In this document: piece by piece, positions 1-13,900 of the stretch
Layout of the letters: each line of letters begins with the position of its first letter
Numbering within the stretch: the first letter of the stretch is position 1
Origin: Hormiphora californensis
Lineage: Eukaryota; Animalia; Ctenophora
Reading direction: 5' to 3'
Assembly: GCA_020137815.1 (NCBI GenBank)
Contig: CM035355.1
Location: forward strand, 8,473,260 to 8,537,259
Length of the DNA: 64,000 nt
Notes under the pieces: model-generated
What the model saw: only the letters and a program-made list of their open reading frames with translations
Told to the model about the DNA's origin: nothing
Database searches by the model: none
Position numbers and translations under genes: made by a program

Positions 1-9
1 GGGAGGAAA

Positions 10-350
10 TATAACTTTCTCATCAGTACTAGGTAATTGGAAACACACATACTCTCTACACATGTACTGCATAACTTTCTCATCAGTGCTAGGTTTGGAA
101 ACACTCTCTCTCTCTCTCTACACATACTGCATAACTTTCTCATCAGTACTAGGTTTGGAAACACACTCTCTGAGCTAGCTCTCTCTACACATACTACATA
201 ACTTTCTCATCAGTGCTAGGTTTGGAAACACTCTCTCTCTCTCTCTACACATACTGCATAACTTTCTCATCAGTACTAGGTTTGGAAACACACTCTCTGA
301 GCTAGCTCTCTCTAGCTCTCTCTCTCTCTACACATACTGCATAACTTATC
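10..350. repeat. Tandem repeat, ~60-bp monomers (ataactttctcatcagt[a/g]ctaggtttggaaacac...)
   Basis: Five to six visible copies separated by CT tracts. Confidence 0.85.
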
Positions 351-489
351 CCTCACCCCACATTCTATCGCTTCTCTCCCTTTCTCCCTATACATACAGC
401 CGGATGTAATGGTTTTATTAAACAATGTGTCGCATGTATTTCTCTTTTTCTCACAACCCCTCCTCACAACCCCCTTCCCCCCCCCCCCT

Positions 490-1160
490 CTCAAACCCCC
501 CCTCCTCCAGGAACCCTGGAGTCAGGTGACCAGTCCCCCCCCCCCCCTCTCAAACCCCCTCCATCCATCAGGAACCCTGGAGTCTGGTGACCAGTTTCCC
601 CCCCCCCCCCCTCTCAAACCCCCCCTCCTCCAGGAACCCTGGAGTCAGGTGACCAGTCCCCCCCCCTCTCAAACCCCCTCCATCCATCAGGAACCCTGGA
701 GTCTGGTGACCAGTTTCCCCCCCCCCCTCTCACACACCCCTCCCTCCATCAGGAACCCTGGAGTCAGGTGACCAGTTTCCCCCTCTCTCACACAACCCAT
801 CCCTCCTTCAGGAACCCTGTCCAGTCTGGTGACCAGTTCCCCCCTCCTCCCCCCACCCCCCTCTCACAGGAGCCCCCCCTCTCAAACCCCCTCCTTCAGG
901 AACCCTGGAGTCCGGTGACCAATTCCCCCCCCCCCCTCTCACAACCCCTCCCTCCTCTCACACCCCATTCCTCCCTCTCCTTCAGGCACTCCCTCTCACA
1001 CCCCCCTCCCTCCAGGCACCCTGGAGTCAGGTGACCAGTTTCCCCTCTCTCTCACAACCCATCCCTCCTCCAGTTCCCCCCTCTCACCCCCCCTCTCCTT
1101 CAGGAACCCCCTCTCAAACCCCCTCCATCAGGCACCCTGGAGTCCGGTGACCAGTTTCCC
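490..1160 (+). repeat. Intronic tandem repeat consisting of the splice acceptor plus first ~30 nt of the downstream exon
   Basis: About 9-10 copies of ccctcc[a/t]tcAG|g[a/c]accctggagtc[a/c/t]ggtgaccagtttcccc; the last copy (AG at 1130-1131) continues into the esterase reading frame. Confidence 0.75.
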
Positions 1161-1836
1161 CCGTTCTGGAAGGAGTTAATTGACGATGCTGTTAAAACAA
1201 GAGATCCCCTCTCTGAACTAAAACCATCTCTTGATGGAGTTTGGAATGAACTAGCCTTCCCTCTCATGTCTAAAGATCTCAGAGGACTACCACAGTCTCT
1301 CATCGTGGGATATATTGAGGATGATAGCTTCGAGGACGGCAGGTTGGTAATGCCCATATATGGTGTTGTTAACCACGTGATGACCATATATGGTGTTGTT
1401 AACCACGTGATGCCCATATATGGTGTTGTTAACCACGTGATGCCCAAATATGGTGTTGTTAACCACGTGATGCCCATGTATGGTGTTGTTAACCACGTGA
1501 TGCCCAAATATGGTGTTGTTAACCACGTGATGCCCATGTATGGTGTTGTTAACCACGTGATGCCCAAATATGGTGTTGTTAACCACGTGATGCCCATGTA
1601 TGGTGTTGTTAACCACGTGATGCCCATGTATGGTCTTGTTAACCACGTGACAGTACATAACCCCTTCTCTCCACCGCAGACTGTATGGCGAGTGGCTGCA
1701 ACATTTTGAGGTTCCGTGTCGCTTTATTTCCGACTACTCTGGTTTCCATGACAACTTGTTACTACATTCCATATCTCCAAGCGTTAAAACCACACTAAAC
1801 GAGGTGTCGCAGTGGATTGAGGAAATTACTAGTTAG
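1132..1836 (+). CDS. 3' exons (1132-1342, 1680-1836) of an AADAC/NCEH1/HSL-family alpha/beta hydrolase (Abhydrolase_3-like)
   Basis: Spliced translation ...FPLMSKDLRGLPQSLIVGYIEDDSFEDGR|LYGEWLQHFEVPCRFISDYSGFHD...EEITS* matches the family C-terminal pattern (PL..dl.gLP.tl....D...DdG.lY...L....V......GfHg) with catalytic Asp and His positions; GT at 1343, AG at 1678-1679; 5' part not resolved. Confidence 0.75.
1349..1650. repeat. Intronic 30-bp minisatellite (tgcccatatatggtgttgttaaccacgtga) x10
   Basis: Near-perfect tandem copies filling the intron. Confidence 0.95.
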
Positions 1837-1926
1837 AACACAAGTCATGAACGATGGAGGATATTACTAGTTAGAACAATCGAGGATGTGCTAGAACACA
1901 TGAACTGTAAACAATCGAGGGTATTA

Positions 1927-2098
1927 CGGTTGGACCCCGATTTACCGGGATGCTCGGGGGAAAGGGTTTTGCCCGGTAAATCGGGGTGCCCGGTATATCG
2001 GGGTCAAATTCCGTTATTTTCCCATATCGGGGGAAGTTTATCCTCCCGGTAAATCGGGGTTCCGGTAAATCGGGGCCCGGTAAATCGGGGTCCGACTG
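1927..2098. mobile_element. MITE, Tc1/mariner-pogo type, TA target duplication
   Basis: TA|cggttggaccccgatttaccggg ... cccggtaaatcggggtccgactg|TA; internal ccggtaaatcgggg subterminal repeats; 172 bp, non-coding. Confidence 0.85.
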
Positions 2099-2334
2099 TA
2101 TATACAGGACAGTTAGAATGTGCCTTTATATTTAGGGGAATGGCTAGTTCGTACAAGAAAAGAACAGCTTATGATGTATTTATTTTGCAAGTGTGAATTC
2201 AGTATTATGTTTTCAGATGACAATTGAATGATATTCTAATGTATTATAAAGGCACTTCCCCACTAACACTTTATAATAACGTTCCCACCCCTTCCTAAAG
2301 CAATAATGTAACACAAGTAACACAAGGATTTAAC

Positions 2335-3092
2335 ATGGACTTTGAGGCGTTGATGGCTCAGGCGGAGCGGAACAAGGAAAAAGCTAACAAGAAGAGAGCC
2401 GCTGTGGAGCCATCTCGTCATGGCGGTGAGAAGGTTAGGGCGGCCCTGGTCAGAAAGCAGAAAGAGGAAAGGAGGAGGAAAGTGGAGGAAGAAGGTGAGT
2501 GAGGTGGGTTTTATAAAGTGGGGGGGTCAATATGACGAGAATGAACCTGATCTAATTCATCATGTGTCCAGAGAGACTGGCAAGATCACAGAGAGATCAG
2601 TTGAGAAAGATGGAGGAAGCGATGGCAGAACACGAGCGAAAGGAAAGAGAGGAAAAGGAGAAAGAGGAACGTGTGAGCCGCATGCTAAAGGTATATATAG
2701 AGGGATAAGTTGGTTAGAGCCATCTCCAATCTTGGTTCTGCAGTTTCAACTCCTTTGTTACAAATTATTTCAAATCGTCATATCATGAATCATCACTTGT
2801 TTGATAATGTACAACCTTGATCAGGAAGCCCAAGAACGAAAGGCTAGGATGGAAGCAGAGCAAGATGCTAAACGGGCAGAGAAGGAGGCTGAGAGAAGAG
2901 CTGAAAAAGAGAGGAAGATGCGGAGTCAGGAGGGAAGAAGGGCTGACCAGGAAGGGAGAAGGAGAAGGAGAAGTAGTGATGATATATGGGCGAGGAGACA
3001 AATGACTCTTGATAGTAGGAGTCTGGATCGAATCAGAGCACAAGCAAAACAACTTGCCAAGACAATGGACTGTAAGTAGACCACCATCCACT

Positions 3093-3148
<56 letters not shown>

Positions 3149-6100
3149 GTTAAAGTACCAATCTCTCCTCTCTACAGGTGATAGGGAGCTGATGGATCTT
3201 GAGACTGCTGCAAAACATAACCGGCAACAGGTAACTGGTAGTTTGGGTAATAGAGAATATTTTATATTGGGATAACACTTTCTAGCATGAAGAGAAAGAG
3301 AATCTCCATTGGAGATACGCCGAGAAGTATCCTCATGTGTCCTTTGTTACATTAAGAGATGGAAAAGTTTCCTCGACCACTTTCTATAGCATGAAGTAAC
3401 TGTAACTTTCCAGGCGAGGCATGAAGTATCCTCAATTGTAACTTTCCAGGCGAGGCATGACGACTACAAGAAGAAAAAGAAGGAACTGAGAGAGAGAAGG
3501 GCCTCAGAGATAGAGTGCAAGGGCAACTCTAGTGATAGCAGTGAAGAGGAACATCCAATCAGCCAGCCTAAAAGCTTAGCGGTAAGAGATCCCTCCCTAT
3601 TTCTCTCTATCCCTCCCATGTCCCTCCCTCCCTTCCCATCTCGCTCCCTCCCCAGCCCCCTATAAATTGAACTAAACCCCTATAGGAAGGGCAAAGAGGT
3701 CACACAGGGTTGATGCAAGTGGTGAACATGTTTGAACGGTACCCAGATGTTCCTGTTGAGGTTAGGAAACAACTTGTCAACATCCCCCCCCTCTCTCTCT
3801 CCCTCTCTCTCTCTTTCTCCCTTTTTCTTTGTGTTTCTGAAACTAAGATATTACATACATGACTATTTTTCTCTCGAATTTTTCAAAGATGCATCCCGTC
3901 TCTGAGAGTTTGTTTCTCTCTCTCCCTCTCTCTATCTATCTTTGTTTGAGAGTCTGTCTCTCTCTCTCCCTCTCTCTATCTATCTATCTTTGTTTGAGAG
4001 TCTGTCTCTCTCCTTCAGGTGCTGAGCAGTGCAGAATACGACAGTCACCCAGAGGCAGCCCAGAACACTCAAACCAAACCCACCAATCATACCCAATTTA
4101 GTCCAAAATGTACTGTACAGTCTGAGGAACAATACATTCCAAAATGTACATTACAATCAGAGGAACAATACAGTCCAAAATGTACATTACAATCAGAGGA
4201 ACAATACATTCCAAAATGTATAGTTGAATCGGAGGAACAATACAGTCCAAAATGTACAGTACAGTCTGAGGAACAATACAGTCCAAAATGTATAGTTGAA
4301 TCGGAGGAACATTACAGTCCAAAATGTACAATTCAATCGGAGGAACAATACAGTCCAAAATGTATAGTTGAATCAGAGGAACAATACAGCCCAAAATGTA
4401 TAGTTGAATCAGAGGAACAATACAGTCCAAAATGTACAATTCAATCAGAGGAACAATACAGTCCAAAATGTATAGTTGAATCAGAGGAACAATACAGTCC
4501 AAAATGTACAGTACAGTCTGAGGAACAATACAGTCCAAAATGTACAATACAGTCGGAGGAACAATACAGTCCAAAATGTATAGTTGAATCAGAGGAACAA
4601 TACAGTCCAAAATGTACAATTCAATCAGCGGAACAAAACAGTCCAAAATGTACAATACAGTCGGAGGAACAATACAGTCCAAAATGTATAGTTGAATCAG
4701 AGGAACAATACAGTCCAAAATGTACAATTCAATCAGAGGAACAAAACAGTCCAAAATGTACAATACAGTCGGAGGAACAATACAGTCCAAAATGTATAGT
4801 TGAATCAGAGGAACAATACAGTCCAAAATGTATAGTTGAATCGGAGGAACAATACAGTCCAAAATGTACAATTCAATCAGAGGAACAATACAGTCCAAAA
4901 TGTACAATACAATCCGAGGAACAATACAGTCCAAAATGTATAGTTGAATCAGAGGAACAATACAGTCCAAAATGTACAGTACAGTCTGAGGAACAATACA
5001 GTCCAAAATGTTCAATTCAGACAGAGGAACAATACAGTCCAAAATGTACAATACAATCCGAGGAACAATACAGTCCAAAATGTATAGTTGAATCGGAGGA
5101 ACAATACAGTCCAAAATGTACAATACAGTCTGAGGAACAATACAGTCCAAAATGTACAATTCAGACAGAGGAACAATACAGTCCAAAATGTACAATACAA
5201 TCCGAGGAACAATACAGTCCAAAATGTACAATACAATCGGAGGAACAATACAGTCCAAAATGTACAATACAATCGGAGGAACAATACAGTCCAAAATGTA
5301 CCCTAGAATCGGAGGGACAAATCATTTCAAAGCCCTCCCAATTCACTCCAGACTCCTTCATTAATTCAGAGATAGGGACACCCGCATCCTCTCTAAATTC
5401 ATCTCAGGGTGTCGGCGGTATACAGACACCAGTTGCAGACCACTTTACAGCGTGGCCTAACTCTGTGAGTGTAACTAGTGCTGCTCAGCACCGCTCTTAA
5501 CAAATTAAATAGATATTGGTATCCCATAGTCATAGCTCCGTCTCTTGGTAAGTTAGGAAAATCCACTTCTTATCTTATCTTGATTTTATTGCTCGTTTCA
5601 CCTGATCTTGCTTTGTTCTGATTAGCAGTGTGAGTATCTCAATAACGCATTTCCAAGTTTTAACTTATCAGGAGGCGGTACTATGACTATGGGACTCTGA
5701 GTGAGGGCTGTTTGATATGAGGTTTACTTTACACTTTCTGCTCCGATTTCAATAACTGTAACGCGCGATACCAGAGATCTAGGTAACTGCGCGCAACACC
5801 CCTCGCCACCTCACACTCTACCTCCCTCTATCAGGATAATGAGGTTGATAGTGATGTTGAGGTGCAAACTCCAAACTCTGCAGCTGGGGACCAAGATGAG
5901 GAGGAGGAGGAGGTGAGGGATAATAGAGAGGAGCAGCAATCAAGGAAAGAGAAGTTAAAGGTACATGTTTGAGGAAGTGTGTTGCACACGTGTAAACCTG
6001 GATTTAACCCTACCACGTCGACAGTAAAACGTCTCTCACTTTACTCTCTCCCCTTACTTAATACTACAAACTCTCTTTTCCCTACACGCACACTCTCTTA

Positions 6101-7878
6101 CACAAACTGTCAAGTAGCACCTGTGCAAACACATTGTATCTTACTAGCTAACTAATATAGGCCCAATAACTTCACTAATTCCCTCCTATCTAGACCATGT
6201 ATCTAATCAGATTTCATCATATCTAGAATCCCGCTCTAATCAGTTCCCCACTCCCATCTAGGCGCTGACAAAGAAAAGAAGAAAGAGGAGTGATAGTGAT
6301 GAAGACGATGCCTTTAATTTTAGGGAGGTCCGCAGAGAGCAGCAGACTACCCCACCTCCCCCTGGTGGAGCCCCCAAAACATTTAGTGAAATTATGGCTC
6401 TTGCTAACAAACAAACCAGAGACAACGCTGAGGCGCTCAAAGTGAAAAAACAGGTTTGTTGATAATAATTTCACCACAATACATCACCAAATAACAAAAT
6501 TGGGTAGCTTCTTTCATACATACGGGTATAGAAATGTCACTCATTCTAATACATTTTATTGTTCTCAGAGTTCATATAGTCCTTTGTCGGATATAGCCCA
6601 ACCCTTGCCGGACGATGATTGATAGTTGTACTGCACATTAACCATGTACCACTCATCTCGTCAGTGAGATCCTCACCATAATGTTACTATTATTTCTTGC
6701 TCGACCATCTCTCACTGCCCCCTGGTTACAGAGGGTTGGAGGGCAATAAAGTTTCCATCAGCTAGTAGCAACTCTAGAGTCTGTATCACTCGAATGGTTA
6801 CCATGGTTATCACTCGAATGGTTACCATGGTTATCTCTAGAATGGTTACCATGGTTATCACTCGAATGCGCTCTTCGTATCGCCTGTTCATAACTGGGAG
6901 GCATCTCTCTGTCGAACCCTTCCTCACATATATCTGAATAGTCCGGGGGTCTCTCCTCCTCCTCCATTCCCTGTGTATCAGTAGTGGTTTCATCTGATGA
7001 CCCCCCTCTCCCACATGTATTCTTATACACAGCTCTACAAGGGGTGAATAGAATGCACAGCCAGCTGTTAGGTTGGCATGTCGCCAGACCCAGACCAACC
7101 AGTACCAGGATACCAGGTCCCGCTATACCAATCACTGCCTTCTCTAGGGAATAGTTGTCAGTGAAATATATCCTTCCCTCGTGTCCATAGCAAATAAACT
7201 CTGTCTCCATCGCCATTCTAGTATCAAGAGAGTTCCTTTCATAGGCATCTATAATGTTGATGTTCCGGTTGTAACTTGTCTCACAGAATCCTGGTTTGTA
7301 CGTGCACTCAGTGAGTAGAGAGGCATAATCCTGGTAGAAGACGCCCTCCCAGACCCCCTCATTGTTAGATCGGAATGTTCCGGTTGCCTGGAGACAGGGG
7401 AATGATGCTTTACACCGCGATCCACAACTACACTCCCCCATCCCTGACTCCACTACCTCAGTCAGATTGCACAGCCCCACTTTGAATGGCACACCGTGAA
7501 GGTTAGGACGTACAATGTAGAGACAAGAGAATACTAGGGAGATAATGCCCCCTGCGAAGATATAGAAACTGGAGTGTCCTCCCTCTGACATGATATCACA
7601 AACAGAGAGTTTAGCAGGATATCAGGACCTTAGCAGGATCTTCACAAACAGAGTTTAACAGGATCTTTAGTAATTTACAATCAGAGTTTAGCAGGATATT
7701 CAGTAATTTACAAACAGAGAGTTTAGCAGGATATTCAGTAATTTACAATCAGAGTTTAGAGATTCAGTAATCGAAGGTTCCCAGGGTAGATTAGAAGTAG
7801 CAAAAAGTTGAATAATTGCACGGTGTTGAATTTGGTGAAAAAGCAATTGGTTGGAAGACAGTCGGAAGTTTCAAAGTG

Positions 7879-7959
<81 letters not shown>

Positions 7960-10900
7960 GGAACCCCCTTTTTTGGTTCCCCTCGCTCCTATTCGTGCGG
8001 CCTCTCTTCTCTCTCCCTTCTCCTCTCGCCCCCCTCTCTTGCTCTCTCTCTCCTTTCCCCCCTCGCCCTCTCTCTCGCCTTTTCCGCCTCGCTTCCTCTC
8101 GCCGCTCTCTTCTTCGCCCCTTCTCATCTCTCCGCTCTCTCTCCTCCTTATCTTCGGCCTCTCTTTTCGTCCGCGCCCCCCCAAAATCCTCACCCTGGGA
8201 GATAGCCTATTCCTAGGATTTGTTTGTTTTTTTTGTACCGCCCTGTTGTGACACATGTTGTTGAGTAAGACAACATGTGTAATGGTCCGGGTTATGACAA
8301 CAACTGCATCTAACAATCATGAGCACGTGTGTACACATGAAGTTGTATAATTTCAAACTAACTATCCCCCATCACCCATCGAGCTACCTTTACTATAACC
8401 AAGTACCATGTACCCGGCCCAAACTTTCTAAGGGAGGGGGACTGGCTGGGTGCTAAATTTTACATCCTCATCCCCTACCTTCCCGTCCCCTTTTTCCCTT
8501 TCCCAGTCCTAACACCTTGGGGGGGCCGGCTGGGATCCACGCTGGTGCTAATGTCACCCTTCTAGGGGGGAAACCCGGGTGCTCCTTTGATCCTCATCCC
8601 CCTTCCCTCTTTCTTCCTGTCCCAAGTAATGGGGGGGGTCCCTGGACCTCCGCTGGGTTTCTAGGCCCTCCTATATGCTCTTGGAAATTTCTCCTCTCTT
8701 TTACTGCTTCCAAATGTCACCTTCTTCCCCATTGAACTGGCTGGTGCTAAATTACTCCTAAAATTGGCTGGGTGCTAAATGTCACTATCCTAATAATGAC
8801 TGCGCTGGGTGCTAAATGTCACCTCCTAATATGACTGGCTGGGTGCTAAATGTGTCACCTCCTAATATGACTGGCTGGGTGCTAAATGTGTCACCTCCTA
8901 ATATGACTGGCTGGGTGCTAAATGTGTCACCTCCTAATATGACTGGCTGGGTGCTAAATGTCACCTCCTAATATGACTGGCTGGGTGCTAAATGTCACCT
9001 CCTAATATGACTGGCTGGGTGCTAAATGTGTCACCTCCTAATATGACTGGCTGGGTGCTAAATGTCACCTCCTAATATGACTGGCTGGGTGCTAAATGTC
9101 ACCTCCTAATATGACTGGCTGGGTGCTAAATGTGTCACCTCCTAATATGACTGGCTGGGTGCTAAATGTCACCTCCTAATATGACTGGCTGGGTGCTAAA
9201 TGTGTCACCTCCTAATATGACTGGCTGGGTGCTAAATGTCACCTCCTAATATGACTGGCTGGGTGCTAAATGTCACCTCCTAATATGACTGGCTGGGTGC
9301 TAAATGTCACCTCCTAATATGACTGGCTGGGTGCTAAATGTCACCTCCTAATATGACTGGCTGGGTGCTAAATGTGTCACCTCCTAATATGACTGGCTGG
9401 GTGCTAAATGTGTCACCTCCTAATATGACTGGCTGGGTGCTAAATGTGTCACCTCCTAATATGACTGGCTGGGTGCTAAATGTGTCACCTCCTAATATGA
9501 CTGGCTGGGTGCTAAATGTGTCACCTCCTAATATGACTGGCTGGGTGCTAAATGTGTCACCTCCTAATATGACTGGCTGGGTGCTAAATGTGTCACCTCC
9601 TAATATGACTGGCTGGGTGCTAAATGTCACCTCCTAATATGACTGGCTGGGTGCTAAATGTCACCTCCTAATATGACTGGCTGGGTGCTAAATGTGTCAC
9701 CTCCTAATATGACTGGCTGGGTGCTAAATGTGTCACCTCCTAATATGACTGGCTGGGTGCTAAATGTGTCACCTCCTAATATGACTGGCTGGGTGCTAAA
9801 TGTGTCACCTCCTAATATGACTGGCTGGGTGCTAAATGTCACCTCCTAATATGACTGGCTGGGTGCTAAATGTCACCTCCTAATATGACTGGCTGGGTGC
9901 TAAATGTCACCTCCTAATATGACTGGCTGGGTGCTAAATGTGTCACCTTCCTAATATGACTGGCTGGGTGCTAAATGTGTCACCTCCTAATATGACTGGC
10001 TGGGTGCTAAATGTCACCTCCTAATATGACTGGCTGGGTGCTAAATGTCACCTCCTAATATGACTGGCTGGGTGCTAAATGTGTCACCTCCTAATATGAC
10101 TGGCTGGGTGCTAAATGTGTCACCTCCTAATATGACTGGCTGGGTGCTAAATGTGACATCCTAATATGACTGGCTGGGTGCTAAATGTCACCTCCTAATA
10201 TGACTGGCTGGGTGCTAAATGTCACCTCCTAATATGACTGGCTGGGTGCTAAATGTGTCACCTCCTAATATGACTGGCTGGGTGCTAAATGTGTCACCTC
10301 CTAATATGACTGGCTGGGTGCTAAATGTCACCTCCTAATATGACTGGCTGGGTGCTAATTGTCACCTCCTAATATGACTGGCTGGGTGCTAAATGTCACC
10401 TCCTAATATGACTGGCTGGGTGCTAAATGTCACCTCCTAATATGACTGGCTGGGTGCTAAATGTGTCACCTCCTAATATGACTGGCTGGGTGCTAAATGT
10501 CACCTCCTAATATGACTGGCTGGGTGCTAAATGTCACCTCCTAATATGACTGGCTGGGTGCTAAATGTCACCTCCTAATATGACTGGCTGGGTGCTAAAT
10601 GTCACCTCCTAATATGACTGGCTGGGTGCTAAATGTCACCTCCTAATATGACTGGCTGGGTGCTAAATGTCACCTCCTAATGTGACTGGCTGGGTGCTAA
10701 ATGTCACCTCCTAATATGACTGGCTGGGTGCTAAATGTGTCACCTCCTAATATGACTGGCTGGGTGCTAAATGTCACCTCCTAATATGACTGGCTGGGTG
10801 CTAAATGTCACCTCCTAATATGACTGGCTGGGTGCTAAATGTGTCACATCCTTTCAGAACGAGAAAGCAGCGGCTGAAGAGAGAAAAGCGAAGGAGAAGG

Positions 10901-13900
10901 AGCGGAAAGAGAGGATGCAGCAGATGGAGAAGAGAAAGGTTGAACGGGAGCTTGAACTAGGTACATTCAGTTTATAGTATTCGGTGTTTAGTAGTCCTGT
11001 ATTTGGTGTGTAGGTTGTCATGGTACCACTGTGTTGAATCTATAAAAGCAGTATATCGCGAGATATTATGTTTTCACGTTTTGTGTTTGAGGGTTTGGCT
11101 GGCAAGTTTATAAACCCTTATATGACTATGTTTGGCTGACATTATGTTATGACCATTGACCGAATCCAATATATTCTGCAGAACTAGAGAGGAAGCGTAA
11201 AGCGGAGGCAAGAGCTAAAATCCCAAAAAAGATCCCGACAAAAGAGGCATCACCCACGAAGTCCATTGCTAAAGTACCCAAGATTTCTAAATCATCTTCA
11301 AGTAGTTATCAGACTGGGGAGTCAGAGAAAAACAAGAGAAGAAAATTGGGCAGTTCTATTGTCAGTAAATCTAGTAAGTGATCGATGTTTCACACCCTGT
11401 TCACTGTTCAGTGTTCACTGTTCAGTTCAAAATGGGAGAGTCAAGAGAATTGAATCTCGACTCCCCCTTGAGCCGAGTCACCCCCACCCAACACGGCTCT
11501 ATCCTTGCTATAATATGACAGGTTATTTATAACTTTAACTTATATTTTCAGCCTCATCGTTTGATGATCTGATGAGGAAAGCCTCTGAGAATTCTGTGAA
11601 AGGTAGTTTTGGAGCGAACCTAAAGCGACCAGAGGATGCGTTACGGGAGAAGAAGAGAAAGGAGGCAGCTGAAAAGCGGTCAGAGCGATACACAGTGAGT
11701 AGCATTTCATTATGGTTACCATGGTTACCACTTTTACAATTCTAGAATTTTATTTCTCATCACCCCGCCAGGTATCACCTGTTAAAATGGGACAGAAGCA
11801 GCCGTCTACTTTGGGTCAACCCCAGAAATCCCAGAAAGGACAACGACCTAAATCTGCACCATCTTCAGCAACTGCCTCAAAACATTGTTCTACCTCCTCC
11901 GCAAAGTTATCTTCATCCACCGCAAAGTTATCTTCCTCCACCGCAAAGTTATCTTCCTCCACCGCAAAGTTATCTTCCTCCACCGCAAAGTTATCTTCCT
12001 CCACCGCATCTTCAAATCAACAGAGATACCGGGATGGGGAAACCAGACATGATAGTCAGTCGAGGAAGCAGAAGAAACACCCATCTGAAAAAAATTTTTA
12101 GAATCAGTTTAAAAGAAAGGAGGAGGGGAGAGAAGAGAGAGAGGGAAAGGGAGGAAGGGGGGGAGAGAGGGGGGGAGAGAGGGAAGAGGGGGGAAAAAGG
12201 AGGGGGGGAAACCAATGGGGGAAGAGAGACCGGAAGAGTAGGGCCCCGAAGGGTCCCCCAAACCCGAAAAAAACACCCCCGAAACTTCAGGCCCGCCGGA
12301 AAACCCCGCGGGGAACCAAGGGTAACGGGGAAAGAAGGGATTGACATAAGAAAAAGACGAAGACCCCCAAACCGGGGGGCCCCCCCCCCCAAAGGGGGGG
12401 GGGAAAAACCAAAGGGGGGAAAGGGGGGGAAAGGACCCGGGGGGGGGGGGAAAGGGGAAAAAGGGGGAAAAAAACCCGGGCCCCCAAAAAAACCGGCCAA
12501 CCCCCCAAAAAACCGAAGAATCCAGAAAATCCTCGAAAATCCCCAAAAGCCAGAAGAGAACACCGAACCAGGAAGTACAAGAAAGAAAACGAATCACCTT
12601 AAGTTCTCCGATTTAAAAGATCGAGAGGAAAAGGGATAGTAGTAGGAGAGACAGATGACGAGGTTAGACATAGAGTAGAGAAGAAGACTCGAGAGACAGA
12701 CAAGAGAGAGGGAAAAGAGAACCCAAAAGAGTGCGAGCTCAGCGACGGACAGAGATCGCAGAGAGAGGAGAGAGAAGAGGACAGAGAGAGGAGGGAGCGC
12801 AGATAGCAGTACATTGCAAACAGACCTCCCAAACACTCACGGAGACGGACGAAAAGAATACAGAGAAGATTAGAGCGACTGTATCTGTGAAAAGAATATG
12901 AGACTCTAGCAGAACATATCGAGAGATATGGCGGAAATACCGGCATGTATCAGACTTAACTTTGCACATATTCCCTATATACATGACAACTACCTCTAGC
13001 ACAATATTCCTAACGTAGTACCTGATCCTTCACTAAAGGATTTGTCTATACCTATTAACCTCGAACTCCATATTGTCAGAAAATTTCACATGACTTATTT
13101 GAGACCATTAAAGATGCCATTTAATAGAGTGATTTCACAAATCCCCTAACGTATTTCATTGACAAGTGCCTAAGGTCACTGACTCTAGAAAAATACCCAA
13201 TCTGGGCTAATTGCCATACTAGACCCACTTATAATTTCACAAAAAAAAGTTCCACCCAAACCCGTACATGGAGGACACATACGAGGATGATGGTTTTGTT
13301 GTAGGATGACGATGAAGAATTCGATCACTCTCGTGAAATTAGGTGAGCACAAGACCTTGACTTGTTATGTTCCCTTTACCCTCCCGAAACACAGTCAGGC
13401 AAACCTTGACCCTGTTATTCTTATGGGAATCATCTAAAACCACCCTCTGGGAATCCTCAAGGAATCTATTTGGGTCTGTAACCCCCCCCCCCCCCCCCCA
13501 CACACACAGGAATTTGTTTGGGTACGACAAGAGAAAGTACCAGGATGAGGATGACGATTGTGCGGATATGGAGGCGGACTACAGAACCATCCAGAGAGAA
13601 GAGGCAAAGAGGTAACTTGGGGTCGAGTGAGATTATTTAGAAATTCAGAGAGAGAAGAGGTAATTGTGCCTCCCAGAAGCAGGGAATTGTAACCGAGGTA
13701 GAGTTAGTATAACTTGGTTACAACACAAATCACAACAGAACTCACAACATAACCCCGTCACAAGTCACAACATAACTCACAACATAACCCCGTCACAAGT
13801 CACAACACAAATCACAACATAACTCACAACATAACCACGTCACAAATCTCAACAGAACTCACAACATAACCACGTCACAAGTCACAACACAAATCACAAC

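Noticed and set aside
1742-1755. X-box-like GTTTCCATGACAAC
   Set aside because: Lies in the codons for the catalytic GFHD motif; explained by protein constraint.
4098-5294. 398-aa antisense ORF (LYILDCIVP repeats)
   Set aside because: Shadow of the coding repeat; synonymous variation and splice phases favour the + frame.
8790-10850. CRISPR-like array of 34-36-bp repeats (also 4097-5320 and 36973-37940)
   Set aside because: Head-to-tail repeats with no unique spacers, no cas genes, eukaryotic intronic or exonic context.
12090-12600. Apparent frameshifts/pseudogenisation in SPT2 and overlapping ORFs
   Set aside because: Local low-quality sequence; the flanking exons are intact.
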